Source of the DNA: Octopus sinensis
Taxonomy: Eukaryota
Assembly: GCF_006345805.1 (NCBI RefSeq)
Contig: NC_042997.1
Span: 170,996,001 to 171,060,000, forward strand
DNA: 64,000 nt
Reading direction: 5' to 3'
Both the position numbers and the translations under genes were made by a program. Each line of letters starts with the position of its first letter. Position 1 is the stretch's first letter. A model generated the notes under the pieces. It had not been told where the DNA came from and did no database searches. It was given only the letters and a program-made list of their open reading frames with translations. Below, one piece after another: positions 11,829-24,118 of this stretch.

Positions 11829-13927
11829 ACACTTCTGCACTTTACTGATGTTGCTCAAATCTTTTAGACTTTTACTTATTTAAGTCAACAGAGCCAGTCA
11901 CCCATCAAACATTTATTGATTTTAGAGTAAAGTCCATGTATGTTAAAGAAATGAAAAGTTTATCTTTTCATTAGATTTATATACGTAGGGCAGTGAGATG
12001 GCAGAATCGTTAACATGCAATGCAAAATTCTTAGTGACATTTTGCCTGTCTTTATGTTCTGAGTTCAGATTCCATCAAAATCAACTTTGCCTTTCATCCA
12101 ATCAGAGTCACTAAAATAAGTACCAGTTGAGCACTGGGGTTGATGTAATCAATTTACCCACTCCCTTGAAATTGCTGGCCTTATGCCAAAATTTGAAACC
12201 AATATATTTTTGTACATGAAAAATATACACACTTGTGTTTATAATGACAACAATAGGCAAGATGATAATGACAATAATGATGATGATGACAATGATGATA
12301 ACGAGGAGGAGCATATGTCCAAAGTGTTAAAATACTTGAGAACACAAAAACATAACCTTGAAATTAATTTAGATAAAATATCAAAATAATTGCACAAAAG
12401 AAAATTACAATTATAGCATTTTGTTTTCTAAATGTATTTCTTTCAATTGGGAAAGAAAGAAAGAAAGAAATGGGTTCCATGGGCTAGACCAGAAGTACTC
12501 AAACATTATTTTGTCTACTGACCCCTTTGATTTCTATTTTTCTCTCCTGGAACCCCACATTGCTATTTAATGTTTAAAAAATCCAATTGTATTTTCATAA
12601 TTAGATATTGTAGGGAATTATATAAAAATTTGTTCAATTATGTTTTTTTTGTACTGAAGAAGTATACGTAGTTTATTGCACATAAATTTGAACAACGAAG
12701 TCTAATATGGATCCCCTAAGGGTCATAGACCTCAACTGAGAACCACTGTGCTAAGCAAGCAGTGAGGCTTGTTTGCAATCTTCCATAAAAAATATGTTTG
12801 GCCAATTGTACCATTCGTGCTTGATGAATTTATTTTTTAAATTAATCCTGTATTATCTTGTAGCTTAAAGATTTCAATGATGTCTTTTACTCTTTAACTT
12901 GTTTCAGTCATTTGACTGTGGCCATGCTGGAGCACCGCTTTTGGTTGAGCAAATCGACCTCAGGACTTATTCTTTGTAAGCCCAGTACTTATTCTATCGG
13001 TCTCTTTTGCCGAACTGCTAAGTTACGGGGGACGTAAACACACCAGCATCGATTGTCAAGCGATGTTGGGGAGGGGGGAGGGCACAAAAACAGACACACA
13101 AATATATACACACACACGTACATATATATATATATATATATGTATATACACATATATATGACGGACTTCTTTCAGTTTCTGTCTACCAAATCCATTCACA
13201 AGGCTTTGGTCGGCCTGAGGCTATAGTAGAAGACATTTGCCCAAGGTGCCATGCAGTGGAACTGAACCCGGAACCATGTGGTTGGTAAGAAAGCTACTTA
13301 CCACACAGCCACTCGTATGCTTAATATGTGATAATATATTTTTAAAACGGTATTGTAAAGTAGGTGTGGGGAGGCAAGTTGTAGCCAGTTTGAACACAAA
13401 ACAGGTAAAATATTTGGGCTAGGTATGGTCGGTTCAAATGCTAAAGGGTTAAGGGAGAAAAATGTGAGTTGGCAACAGGAAGAGCGTCTGGCCACACAAA
13501 AAATGTTTCAATGGATTTTGTCTGAGCCAGGCAAACACAGTTTAAATGCACGGTTAAGTGAAACAATGATAATGATGAACCTTCAATTAAAACCAGTTTT
13601 ATTGTTTTTCATACTCAGTGACACACATCTTACACATTGCTTTATATTTTCATTAAAAACACAAAAATCCAAAAGAGAAAGAAAAAAAAAATGAGGGCAA
13701 CATGTCAACAGACTGAATTCTAGTTCTATTATTCACAAATAAGGTCACAAAAGAGAAAATATATGTCTATGACCACAAAATATATTTCTGAAACAAGATT
13801 GTGTAGGATTTTCTTTTTTATTACCAATTTAATTAGTGATCTGAATAAAGATCATGAAATTATTTTCTTATATTTTTATAACTGAATAAGCAAACTAACT
13901 GCCTAAGTCTCACTTGAGCAAGCTTAC

Positions 13928-13944
13928 ATGCTTCTAAGTGAGGT
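13928..13944 (-). CDS. Possible 17-nt microexon
   Basis: ccatttcag|ACCTCACTTAGAAGCAT|gtaagc. Phase is compatible with the preceding candidate; supported by splice signals only. Confidence 0.2.
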
Positions 13945-14254
13945 CTGAAATGGTGTTTTACTAGTCTAATATAATAGATGTGTAAACTAATTTCTGTGTG
14001 TCAGTGTGTCACACTCAGACCCCACTCTCTCACTATTCAATGACACTCCTACTATTAGTCATGATGGGGTGAAAGTAATAGTAGGCAATAGAGGCATTGA
14101 GGGCAGTGGCAAAGACAGAGACAGAGAGAGAGGGAGGGAGAAAGAAAAAGAGAGGGAGATAAAGAGAGAGAAAGAAATATAAGGAGAGTTGATTTTTATT
14201 AAAAGTTATTACTTTTAATAAAAATCACCATCCTCATTATTGTTGTTGTTGTTA

Positions 14255-16025
14255 AAGTGGTGAACTGGTAGAATCGTTAGCATACGGGGCAAAAATACTT
14301 AGCGATATTTCCTTCATCTTTACACGCTCCAAGTTCAAATTATGCCAAAGTCAATAATTGCCTTTCATCCTTCTAGGGTCAATAAAATAAAGTACAGTCA
14401 AATGCTGGGGGTCAGTGTAACTTAATCCCTTCCTTTGAAAAATGGTAGCTTTGTGCCTAAATTACAGACCATAAGGCAGCAGTGAACTGGGAGAACTGTT
14501 AGTGTGTCAGACAAAAAAATTAGCAGCATTTTTCCTGGCTCTTTTACATTCAGAGCTCAGATCCAAATGAGGTCAACTCATACTTGCTGAGTTAATAAAA
14601 TATAATACCAGTGAAGTATTAAGATGAGGGAGTACTTTTTTTACCCAATGTAATCCCCCACTATAAAATTGCTGACATTGCAAACAATGAGCTGGCAGAA
14701 TTGTTAGCATGGTGGATGAAATGCTTAGTGGTATTTTGCCTGTCGCTACATTCTGAGTTCAAATTCTGCCGAGGTCAGCTATGCCTTTCATCTTTTCAGG
14801 TTTCCTAAAATAAGTACCAGTTGAGAATTGGGATTGATGTAATCAATTAGTTCTTTCCCCACAAATTTCAGGCCTTGTGCCTATAGTAGAAATTATCATC
14901 ATCATTATTATTATTATTATTATTAAAACAGAGGACGAGCGGAATTGTTACAATATTGGACAAGGTGCCATAAGGTATTTTTCTTTGTACTTTATATCTG
15001 AGTTCAAATCCTGCCAAAGTCAAATCTGCCTTTCATTCTTTCAAGGTCGATAAAGTATCAATCAACCAAATAGTTGATTATATATAACAACATTATGTTG
15101 TTAATGTAATCAACTATTTCCCTCCCTGCTATTTCAGGCCCTTGTACCTATACTAGAAAACTATCATTATTATTAGTAGTGGTATTAGTTTTATCATTAA
15201 GGCAGCAAACTGACAGAATTGTTATCATGCCAGACAAAATGATTAGTGGCATTTCTTCCGGCCAATATTACACTCAGAGTCTAAATTTCACCAAACTTGG
15301 ACTTTGCCTTTCATCATTTTGGGGGATCAATAAAGTAAGTACCAGTTAAGTACAGTGGGGTTGATGTAATTGACTAGCTCTTTCCCCTAAAATTTCAGGC
15401 TTTGTGCCAATAGAAGGATCATTAGCACACCAGACAAAATGCTGAGCAGCATTTTTGCATGTTTATGTTCTGAGTTCAAATTCTGCTATGGTTGTCTTTA
15501 CCTTTCATCCATTCGGGGTTGACAAAATATGGACTAGTCAAATACTGAGATCGATGTAATCCCCTCCCTTACAATTTCCGGCCTTGTGCCTCAGGCAGTG
15601 GAGTTGGCAGAATTGTTAGCACGCCAGACAAAATGCTTAGCGGCAATTCCTCTGTTGTTACATTCTGAGTTCAAATTCCAGCGAGGTCGACTTTGCCTTT
15701 CATCCTTTCCTGGTCAATGTAATTGACTATCCCGCTCCCTAAAATTTGAGCTTGTAGTAGAAAGGAGGAGGAGGAGGATCATCATCATCATTATTATTAT
15801 TATTAGGCGGTGAGCTGGCACAATCGTTAGCACACTGGACAAAATGCTATGGCAGTATTTCACCCATCGCGACAGTCTGAGTTCAAATTCCACCGGGCTC
15901 GACTTTGCATTTCATCCTTTTCGGGTCAATAAATTAAGTATCGGTGAAACACTGAGGTTGATATAACCGACTAGTCCTCTTCCCCCAAATTTCAGGCCTT
16001 GTGCCTTTAGTAGAAAGGATTATTA
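14255..16025 (+). mobile_element. Cluster of about eight same-strand, diverged SINE family B2 copies
   Basis: Repeated aggcggtgagctggcagaa... ttctgagttcaaattc... ctttcatcctt... ccttgtgcctatagtagaaagg units separated by (ATT)n/(ATC)n. Confidence 0.85.
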
Positions 16026-16454
16026 TTATTATTATTTTATATAGGTTTATGTTTTATTGTTGATTCATTGATGTGACAATAAAATCTCTCAACACTCTTA
16101 ATTTCTATCACATGTAAAAACAAAACAATAAGGATTAATAAACACTGCATCCTTACATTTTCATAACATGCTCAACAAAGACGCAGCACAGCAATTCATT
16201 TGCTTGTTACTTTTATGCATTTTTTCCCCACTTTCCCTTCATTTTCATAGGTATATAACAGTGTGTGTTTTTTCAAGTTATTGACATTGAAAATACATAA
16301 TAAAACAATTAGTCATAAAAGAAAATTTTATATTGGAAAGAGAAAGAGAAAGCAATTACACCGCCAGTCAGTGATGTACAAAAATAAATAAATAAATAAA
16401 GAGAAAAATAAAAAAAAAAGAAGAAGAACTGTTGCTCCAACTAATACTAATTAC

Positions 16455-16485
16455 CCACTGAGCTTGTCTGCAGAAACTGACCTGA
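16455..16485 (-). CDS. Candidate small exon (31 nt, phase 1-2)
   Basis: Acceptor caatcattcag, donor GG|gtaatt. Reads (V)RSVSADKLSG in frame with 17550-17645. Confidence 0.35.
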
Positions 16486-17549
16486 CTGAATGATTGAATG
16501 AAGACATCAGCGTTTTATGAACCAAACACTTAATTGCAAGTAAACAACACACCGATTATTTGTTGTCTGCATAGTTATTTGTTTTGAAAGACAATCAGAA
16601 TGTTGGGTGTGTGTGTAACTAGGCATTAATGACAAAGATATTTATTTGCTTGTTATGTTGAGGCAGAGGTAAACTAGTGTAAAATTAGTGTAAAAACAAG
16701 CACACTAATTTCTTTCAGATGCCACCAGTTTATTGGTTGTTTCATGTTAACCCCCACCACCACAAAAAACAAACAAACAAAAACACCTTAATTTGAAGAA
16801 AAGACCAGTTGTTACCCAGCTTGGGCTATCTCAGCAATTCACATGACTATACTCTTTTGCTTGTTTCAGTCATTTGACTGTGGCCATGCTGGAGCACAAC
16901 CTTTAGTCGAGCAAATCGACCCCAGGACTTATTCTTTGTAAGCCTTGTATATATACGACAGGCTTCTTTCAGTTTCCGTCTACCAAATCCACTCACAAGG
17001 CTTTGGTTGGCCCGAGGCTATAGTAGAAGACACTTGCCCAAGGTGCCATGCAGTGGGACTGAACCCGGAACCATGTGGTTCGTAAGGAAGCTACTTACCA
17101 CACAGCCACTCCTACCTACGCCTATACAATTTAATGATGACATAAAACTGACGTTCCTAATGGTTATAAGAGTGTGCAATGCATGTGCAGTTTGCACAGT
17201 ATTCACATGAAACTAACTAGTTTATTCGATGTATAACGGTCATGTAATGACTCTTCTTTTCTTTTAATTTTTTTTTTTTTTTTTTAGTTAAGATGTCAAT
17301 GACCGAAACAAGGATTCATCAATAGCCGGTATGAGTGGTCCGGAAAAAGGGTCAACTACCTTCAGAGGCAGGAGGACAATATCCCTCTTATTTCTTTCTC
17401 TTTCATACATGCATACAAACACATGACTTGATTGATTTATTGATCCTACAGATAGCTTCATTTATAATTAACAAGCAACTTTGATGACTTGGTTTGCTGT
17501 ATTGCTGATATTCATTTGATTCAGATAAAAGAATAATGTTTGCAATTAC

Positions 17550-17645
17550 CTCCCTTGTCAACCTTCCCTGTTCCCACAACTCCCACATCTCTTGTCAACG
17601 ATGTACGCACATCACTATTACTACTCAGTTTAAACACCATCAAAG
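17550..17645 (-). CDS. Candidate internal exon (96 nt, phase 1-1)
   Basis: Branch/acceptor tttctgctaactttag, donor GAG|gtaatt. Single open frame LMVFKLSSNSDVRTSLTRDVGVVGTGKVDKG. Confidence 0.55.
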
Positions 17646-17718
17646 CTAAAGTTAGCAGAAACAGATGCATCAGACAAATACCTTGCAGTATTTACATCCT
17701 CCTCTTAGGGTTATCTCA

Positions 17719-18330
17719 TCATCATCATCGTTTAACGTCCGTTCTCCATGCTAGCATGGGTTGGACGGTTCGACCGGGGATCTGGGAAGCCAGAAGGCTG
17801 CACCAGGCTCCGGTCTTATCTGGCAATGTTTCTACAGCTGGATGCCCTTCCTAACGCCAACCACTCCCTGAGTGTAGTGGGTGCTTTTTACGTGCCACCT
17901 GCACTGGTGCCAGGCGAGGCTGGCATCGGCCACGGTCGGATTGGTGCATTTTACGTGCCACCTGCACGGAAGCCAGTCGAGGCGGCACTGGCTTCGGCCA
18001 CGATTCGGATGGTGTTTTTTACGTGCCACCGACACAGAAGCCAGTCGAGGCGGCGCTGGCATTGGCCACGATTCGGATAGTGCTTTTTACGTATCTCCAG
18101 TCCTGGGGTCCTGGCATCTGCCGGGTGCCAGTCATAGGATTGGTTCAATTTCGATTCCGATTTCACTTGCCCCAACAGGTCTTCGCAAGCAAAGGAGGGT
18201 TGGCATGGGTGCCTGTCGTCGGATGAGGTTCGATATCGACTTCGCTTGCCTCAACAGGTCTTTGTGTGTCCAAGGGAGGAAAGGCATGCATAAGTGGGCT
18301 GGACTCACTTGTCCTGCCTGGTCCTGCCTG
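17719..18330 (-). mobile_element. RTE-tailed element with internal 62-68-bp tandem repeats; shorter copies at 19005-19160, 21325-21425, 24920-25135, 35586-35933 (+), 48035-48225
   Basis: 3' end ...gtccaacccatgctagcatgga..cggacgttaaacgatgatgatg; aggaagggcatccagctgtag block; repeated ggtggcacgtaaaaagcacc units. Confidence 0.8.
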
Positions 18331-18576
18331 GTCATAACACAATATTATATGAAAAACCACAAAAACCACAAAAGGCCAACAAACTGTTTCGACTTATATA
18401 TATATATATTTCCGATATACATAATCACAGTTCCATTATATATAAGTCACTTCAGGGTCCTTGGTTCAGAAAGATGAAATTCCATGTGAAAGGACAGCTG
18501 GATTGTAAAAATTAATTCAAATGTTAGTGTTATGAGTGTGATTATGTATATTGGAGAAAAAAAAATATATACATAT

Positions 18577-18704
18577 ATTTTCTGTAGAAGAGCATAGGCT
18601 CGAAACGTAAAAGACTTTTTCAATTCCTGAGCGTTATACTAATACATCTGTTTGTTTTCTACACCACCTGTCTTTGTCTTTTGTTTTTTTTGTGAATTCT
18701 CCCT
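18577..18704 (+). mobile_element. Penelope-like terminal fragment with a minimal hammerhead-like motif; second copy at 52411-52605
   Basis: ctgtagaa-gagc-atag-gctc-gaaacgta-aaaga, then a T-rich tail shared by both copies. Confidence 0.55.
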
Positions 18705-20049
18705 ATGTATGTATGTATGTATCTATGTATGTATGTAAGTCGAAACAATTTGTCGGCCCCCTATGGTTGCTACAATCATTCATATAATATTATGTTATGT
18801 TATATATTATATTCTTAGTATTTAATGCAATATTGTAATATAAACAAACTACTGGATTGTCAATATTATATCTCTATACTTTATCTTTGTAATTGCATTA
18901 TACCAATATTTATATGGTATCCAACTGAAGTACCAGTGAATTGGATGTTTAACACACCCCTTTGAAGGGTCTCTTTTCGTCAGTTTGTTACTTTATATAT
19001 CATCATCATCATCATCATCATCGTTTAGCGTCCGCTTTCCATACTAGCATGGGTTGGACGGTGCAACTGGGGTCTGGGAAGCCAGAAGGCTGCACCAGGC
19101 CCAGTTTGATCTGGCAATGTTTCTACGGCTGGATGCCCTTCCTAACGCCAACCACTCCATATATATATATAGATGAGAGACAAATATTCTCTGTATAGAA
19201 GATACTTTGTCGTTCTCAAGAGATTTAAACTTGAACAGGTAGAGAAGTAAATGTAAGGATAGGCAAGCCAGGCAGATTGCTATACAAAAAATATTCTTTT
19301 CTACTCTAGGCACAAGGCCTGAAATTTTGGGGGAGAGGCCAGTCGATTAGATCAACCCCAGTATGCAACTGGTACTTAATTTATTGATTCTGAAAGGATG
19401 AAAGGCAAAGTCGACCTTGATGGAGCTCAGAACGTAAAGACAGACAAAATACCACTAAGCATTTTGCCCGGCATGCTAACATTTCTGCCAGAAAAATACT
19501 AAATATATTTAATACAAAAAAATGTACATATGCTTACATATAAAAAGGTCTGACTTACAAAGATTAGAAGTGTTATCAGGAATTAAAGGGGTCGAGTAAG
19601 GGTTTTACAGGTTTTACCCCTTTAATTCCTGAAATTTCCACTCTGTGTAAGTTTTACATGCAAACACATGAACACTTCTTATATTAAGTGTATTCAATAT
19701 TTTCGTATACCAACCTGCCCGACCAGCCCATCCTTACATCTACTCATATATATATATATATATATCATCATTTAGCATCTGCTTTCCATGTTGGCATGGA
19801 TTGGACGGTTTGACAGGAACTGGTAAGCTAGGGAACTGCACTAGGCTCCCATCTGATTTGGCATGGTTTCATTGGCTGGATGCCCTTCCTAATGCCAGAG
19901 ATATATATATATATACATATATATACATACATATATATATATACATATATTTATATGCATGCACATATACGCAGCGCTATGCATGTGGCAAGTTTTCTAT
20001 TGGAACAGAACAGTTGATAACTGGAAAGAATAAAACACACAGCCTTATT

Positions 20050-20339
20050 TCATATAAAAATACACATACATTGTAACACTTGCACCCATCCACACCCACA
20101 CACACACACACAACACACACAAAGCACAGAGGAGATCTTTTCTGAAAAAAGAGATTCCTTTTCATCACTGTCATAGAGTTTAGCTGTAGACTGGGCCATA
20201 TTCTCGGCTACCAAAGAGAAAGGAATGCCTGCTTCGGTTGATGCATGATCTGAGACTGAATCCAAGGCAGATATAGTTTGGCGCAGTTGTTCATAGTTCC
20301 ACTGCATCTGTTGGACTTCTCCCTGGTGGCGTTGCTTAT
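20050..20339 (-). CDS. Coding exon with coiled-coil-like segment; 3' boundary uncertain
   Basis: Acceptor taccacag at 20340-41, with an in-frame stop upstream of it. Frame (D)KQRHQGEVQQMQWNYEQLRQTISALDSVSDHASTEAGIPFSLVAENMAQSTAKLYDSDEKESLFSEK has protein-like composition. No strong GT donor is visible; the ORF runs into a (GT)n tract and stops at 20050. Confidence 0.6.
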
Positions 20340-20790
20340 CTGTGGTATTTAATTCATTTCTCCAGGATCAACAGTGGGATTGATTATCATCATTTAATAA
20401 AATTTACCAACACAGTTGTTAATATTTCACAACTAAGGCGGTGAGCTGGCAGAATCATTAGCACACTAGCCAAATGCTTAGTGGCATTTTGTCCATCTTT
20501 TCACTCTGAGTTCAAATTCTGCTGCAGTCATCATCATCATTATTATTAAAGGGTGAGCTGGCAGAATCGTTAGCATGCTGGGCAAAATGCTTAGCAGCAT
20601 TTTGTACATCCTCATGTTCTGAGTTCAAATTCTGCCGAGGTCAGCTTTGCGTTCACCCTTTCAGGATTAATAAATTAAGTACCAGTCAAGTACTGAGGTT
20701 GATGTAATTGACTTAGGCCATCCCCACAAATTTCAAGCCTTATGCCTATAATAGAAAGGATTATCAATATTATTATTTCTTTGTTTCTTA

Positions 20791-21146
20791 AGGAAGTTGA
20801 GGGTGGAGAGGGAAGTGTTGCCTTGTAGCAAGTTTGTTGAAAGGTGGGTGAATGTTGGAAGAATGGCCAGTGTGAAAGGACCAATTCTGAACATGCACCT
20901 GTAAAGAAGGAATCAAAAGAGAAGGGCTATCACCCTGTTGATCAGGCACCTATGGCTTTTGTGGGTTTTTCCACGAGGACCTTAAAGCGCCTCCCCTTTT
21001 GGGAGATTTAATTTGTTTAATTTTTAGTTGTTATTTATATTGTTCACACGCTGTAAAACCCTTTGTGCCGTACTGTTTTTGTCTTTTATGTTGTAGTATG
21101 TCATTTAATGCTTTTGTATGTAAGCCTTGTGGCTAATAAAAGAATA
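20791..21146 (+). mobile_element. 3' end of an L1/Tx1-like LINE (ORF2 C-terminus plus 3'UTR)
   Basis: Frame RKLRVEREVLPCSKFVERWVNVGRMASVKGPILNMHL* (20791-20904), then a T-rich UTR ending aagccttgtggctaataaaagaataaa and (ATT)n. Clade assignment is from recalled motif similarity. Confidence 0.5.
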
Positions 21147-21147
21147 A

Positions 21148-21176
21148 ATGATTATTATTATTATTATTATTATTAT

Positions 21177-21217
<41 letters not shown>

Positions 21218-21226
21218 GCAGCAGTA
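21148..21226. repeat. Compound trinucleotide repeat (ATT)n(AGT)n(AGC)n at the LINE tail
   Basis: Directly visible. Confidence 0.95.
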
Positions 21227-22494
21227 ATGGTATAACTTATGCATTGAAGATAAACATCTTGGCAACACTTCTAGTGTTAAATGTAGGAGATAGTAAAGAT
21301 ATTCAAGACACTACAGCACCATTCATCATCATCATCATCATCATTGTTTAACATCCGTTTTCCATGCTGGCATGGACGGTTCGACTGGGGTCTGGGAAGC
21401 CAGGAGGCTGCACCAGGCTCCAGAGACTGTAAATTAAAATCTTGTCAAAGAAGACTTTACCTCTCACCTAACCCAGAGATTGATGAAATTAGTAACAGTT
21501 ATACAGTTTAATGATAATTTTCTCCATTAGAAAATAATGCTCATTCTTCTTCCTAAGAAAAAATCCTTCCAAAAAATAGGTTGCCTCATTTCTTCAAAAT
21601 TGCTCCCCAATCACATGGCTCCAGGTTCAATTCCAATGCATGGCACCTAGGTAAGAATATTTCTACTCTAGCCTCAGGCCAACATAAATGCTGTGAGTGG
21701 ATTTGGTAGACAGAAACTGAAAGTGTGCATGTGTGTATTTATGTATGTATGTCTTTGTATATGTGTGTGCTTTTGTGTTTGTATTTATCTCTCACTACCA
21801 TTTGACACTAGTGTTGGCTTGCTTGCATACCCATAACTTAGCAGTTTCACTTTAGAGATCAATATAATATAAAATCCATCATGGCTGTAGTCCAATGACT
21901 GAAACAAGTAAAAGATAGAAAATAAAGAAGTACAAACACACGAAGGGATAGAAAACAGAAAAATATGTTCCATATTATTCTTAAAGACAATGGAAAACCA
22001 AGAAAGTCACAGTGACATAAAGAATAATAATGAAATTTAAAATGATAAAAAGTTTAGGAAATAATAAAATTAATAAGCCAAATATTTCTCCAGTGAACAG
22101 ACACTTGGCTGATGAATTGGTGTTTTGTAAGTGAAAAGTGGGTTACCAGCACACACTTCATCCTTTCTTATATTTGGTAACATTATTTGTGTGCGCATAC
22201 ACGTATGTATTTATATATAAAATGACTTTTTATAGTTATACAGTGATTAAATATTGAATACATATCAAAGATTAAGAAACTAAGACTAACTTTAATGAAG
22301 AAAGAATGTAAGGTCACTAGGGAATGAATACTGATCAAAAACAATTTCACAGAGAATTATTGGCCTAACCATTATGATCTCTTATGTTATATGTTGTGTC
22401 TTTAACTTCAAATAGTTTTAGTTACAAATGCTACACCTCCAAATTTAAAGAATATATGACTGAAAACTACTTGCAATAAAGGAAGCTCTGCATA

Positions 22495-22860
22495 GCCATT
22501 TGGTAGAAATAGCAATTAAATCTCCTTTAAATCACTATCTCACATCTTGGGAAATAATATATAATAATAAATATATTATTGTAGCCCAGGTACACTAAAC
22601 CAGGGGAAAAGACAAGATAGCTGTAGCTGAAATATGAACCAACAAGGGAGCTTCTATGTATTCAGACAAACTACTAGAATCCCCTCCCACACACACACAC
22701 CAAAACAAGTAAAATCTCCCTCAAATGAAACTGATAATCTTGGGAAAGGCAAAGACATATTACATAATGTAAAACTGCATTTATAGGAAATGATTGCAGC
22801 TGGAATGTTTTTGATCATAAGGTCTGAATAGCATGACAAAGGTTGACTTAAATCTGAACA
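22495..22860 (-). repeat. Unclassified dispersed repeat (gctagaaatagcagccaaatctcc family); also at ~5355-5490, 31290-31445, 50380-50410, 53855-53900, 60320-60480 (+)
   Basis: Recurrent motif blocks at the listed sites, highly diverged. Confidence 0.5.
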
Positions 22861-23355
22861 GTAACTTTGCGGATATTTAGTGAATTTTTATAGCCAAAAG
22901 GTTGATGTGTATATTTGTTTATTTCTGTTTGATGTTATGGACTTAGCTCCATCTTGCCATACTGTGATAGTAAATTTTGAACTCTCATAAAAGTTAATAG
23001 ATTAAATAATGTAAATAGGTCTGGGATGAGAATTTTTTATTTTTTTATTTGCATCTATGGTATGTTTGATTTCCAAATAAAGAGCATACATAACTGGCCT
23101 AGTGGATCAAGTCTGGGACTATATATGCACATTCAAAAATAACCACCTGAAAATGATCATTGATAAAAACCAACTGAAACACAGTGTAGTGTTATGTATG
23201 TATATATATATATAGCATCATTATCCTCAGGCCTCAAGAAGAGATTAAGAATAATCTGAAAAATTATAATCGTGTTAAGTTAAGTGGTGATAAGTTTTTC
23301 ACTTTAATTCCACAGTTTTTGTGAATTGAAGCAAAACATTTTTCTTTGTAAGCAC

Positions 23356-23390
<35 letters not shown>

Positions 23391-24118
23391 ATAATAGGTT
23401 TGAAAATGATGGAAAAAGTAAGATATTCTTATAAGTTTTCTTAAGGTATAATTCACTATTAACGTTATCTTAGAATTATTTCATTTCTACTCAAGTGTAT
23501 TAAGTATTTCTTAAAATAAATTTACCTTAATGTATATTATTTCCAGTAATTGTTCCTTGCCTTTTAGGAAATAAATGGAAGGCCAACTAATGGAGCAGAA
23601 TAATGAGGAATTAATTAGCCAATAAAAATAAATAAATAATGTATCTATTAAGATGGCTAAGAAGATTTTGGACAGAATAAGGCAGATGTTACAAAAGTGA
23701 AGAACACAGCAAACTTTCCCGAAGAAGCGATTTGGTTTGATTCAGTAAATCATGCAACTATTTTTGAACAGTGTCTATTTCTAGCATCTTTCAATGAGAG
23801 GAATTAAAGCTATGATTATAGAGTGAATGGTTAACAAAGATTTATTGATTCTTCTTAATAGGGTGAAAGGTTGAGAGAACAATGTGAATTTGAGTATGAA
23901 ATGCATCAGGTGTTGGAAGAAATCAAATAGTGAGGCAAGTGTTGCAAAATGGATGGAGAAATTAGAGCAAGAAAACAAAGCTTATATGCATATCTCACAA
24001 AGACTATCAACAAGACAAGATTAATTCTTATCCCTAAAAGCAATTTCACATTCTGGTATATGTAAGAGAAGCAGTATCACATTTAAATAGCCATGTGTGC
24101 ACCATACTTAATGTAAAC

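Noticed and set aside
17748-18515. Longest ORF in the track (198 aa) and its neighbours
   Set aside because: They lie within the GC-rich tandem units of the RTE-tailed repeat, have no domain-like content, and are open in several frames on both strands.
22654-22839. Open minus-strand frame with splice-like ends (DLSQPLSCY..., superficially PLC-like)
   Set aside because: The sequence belongs to the dispersed gctagaaatagcagcc repeat family, and the PLC motif does not continue.
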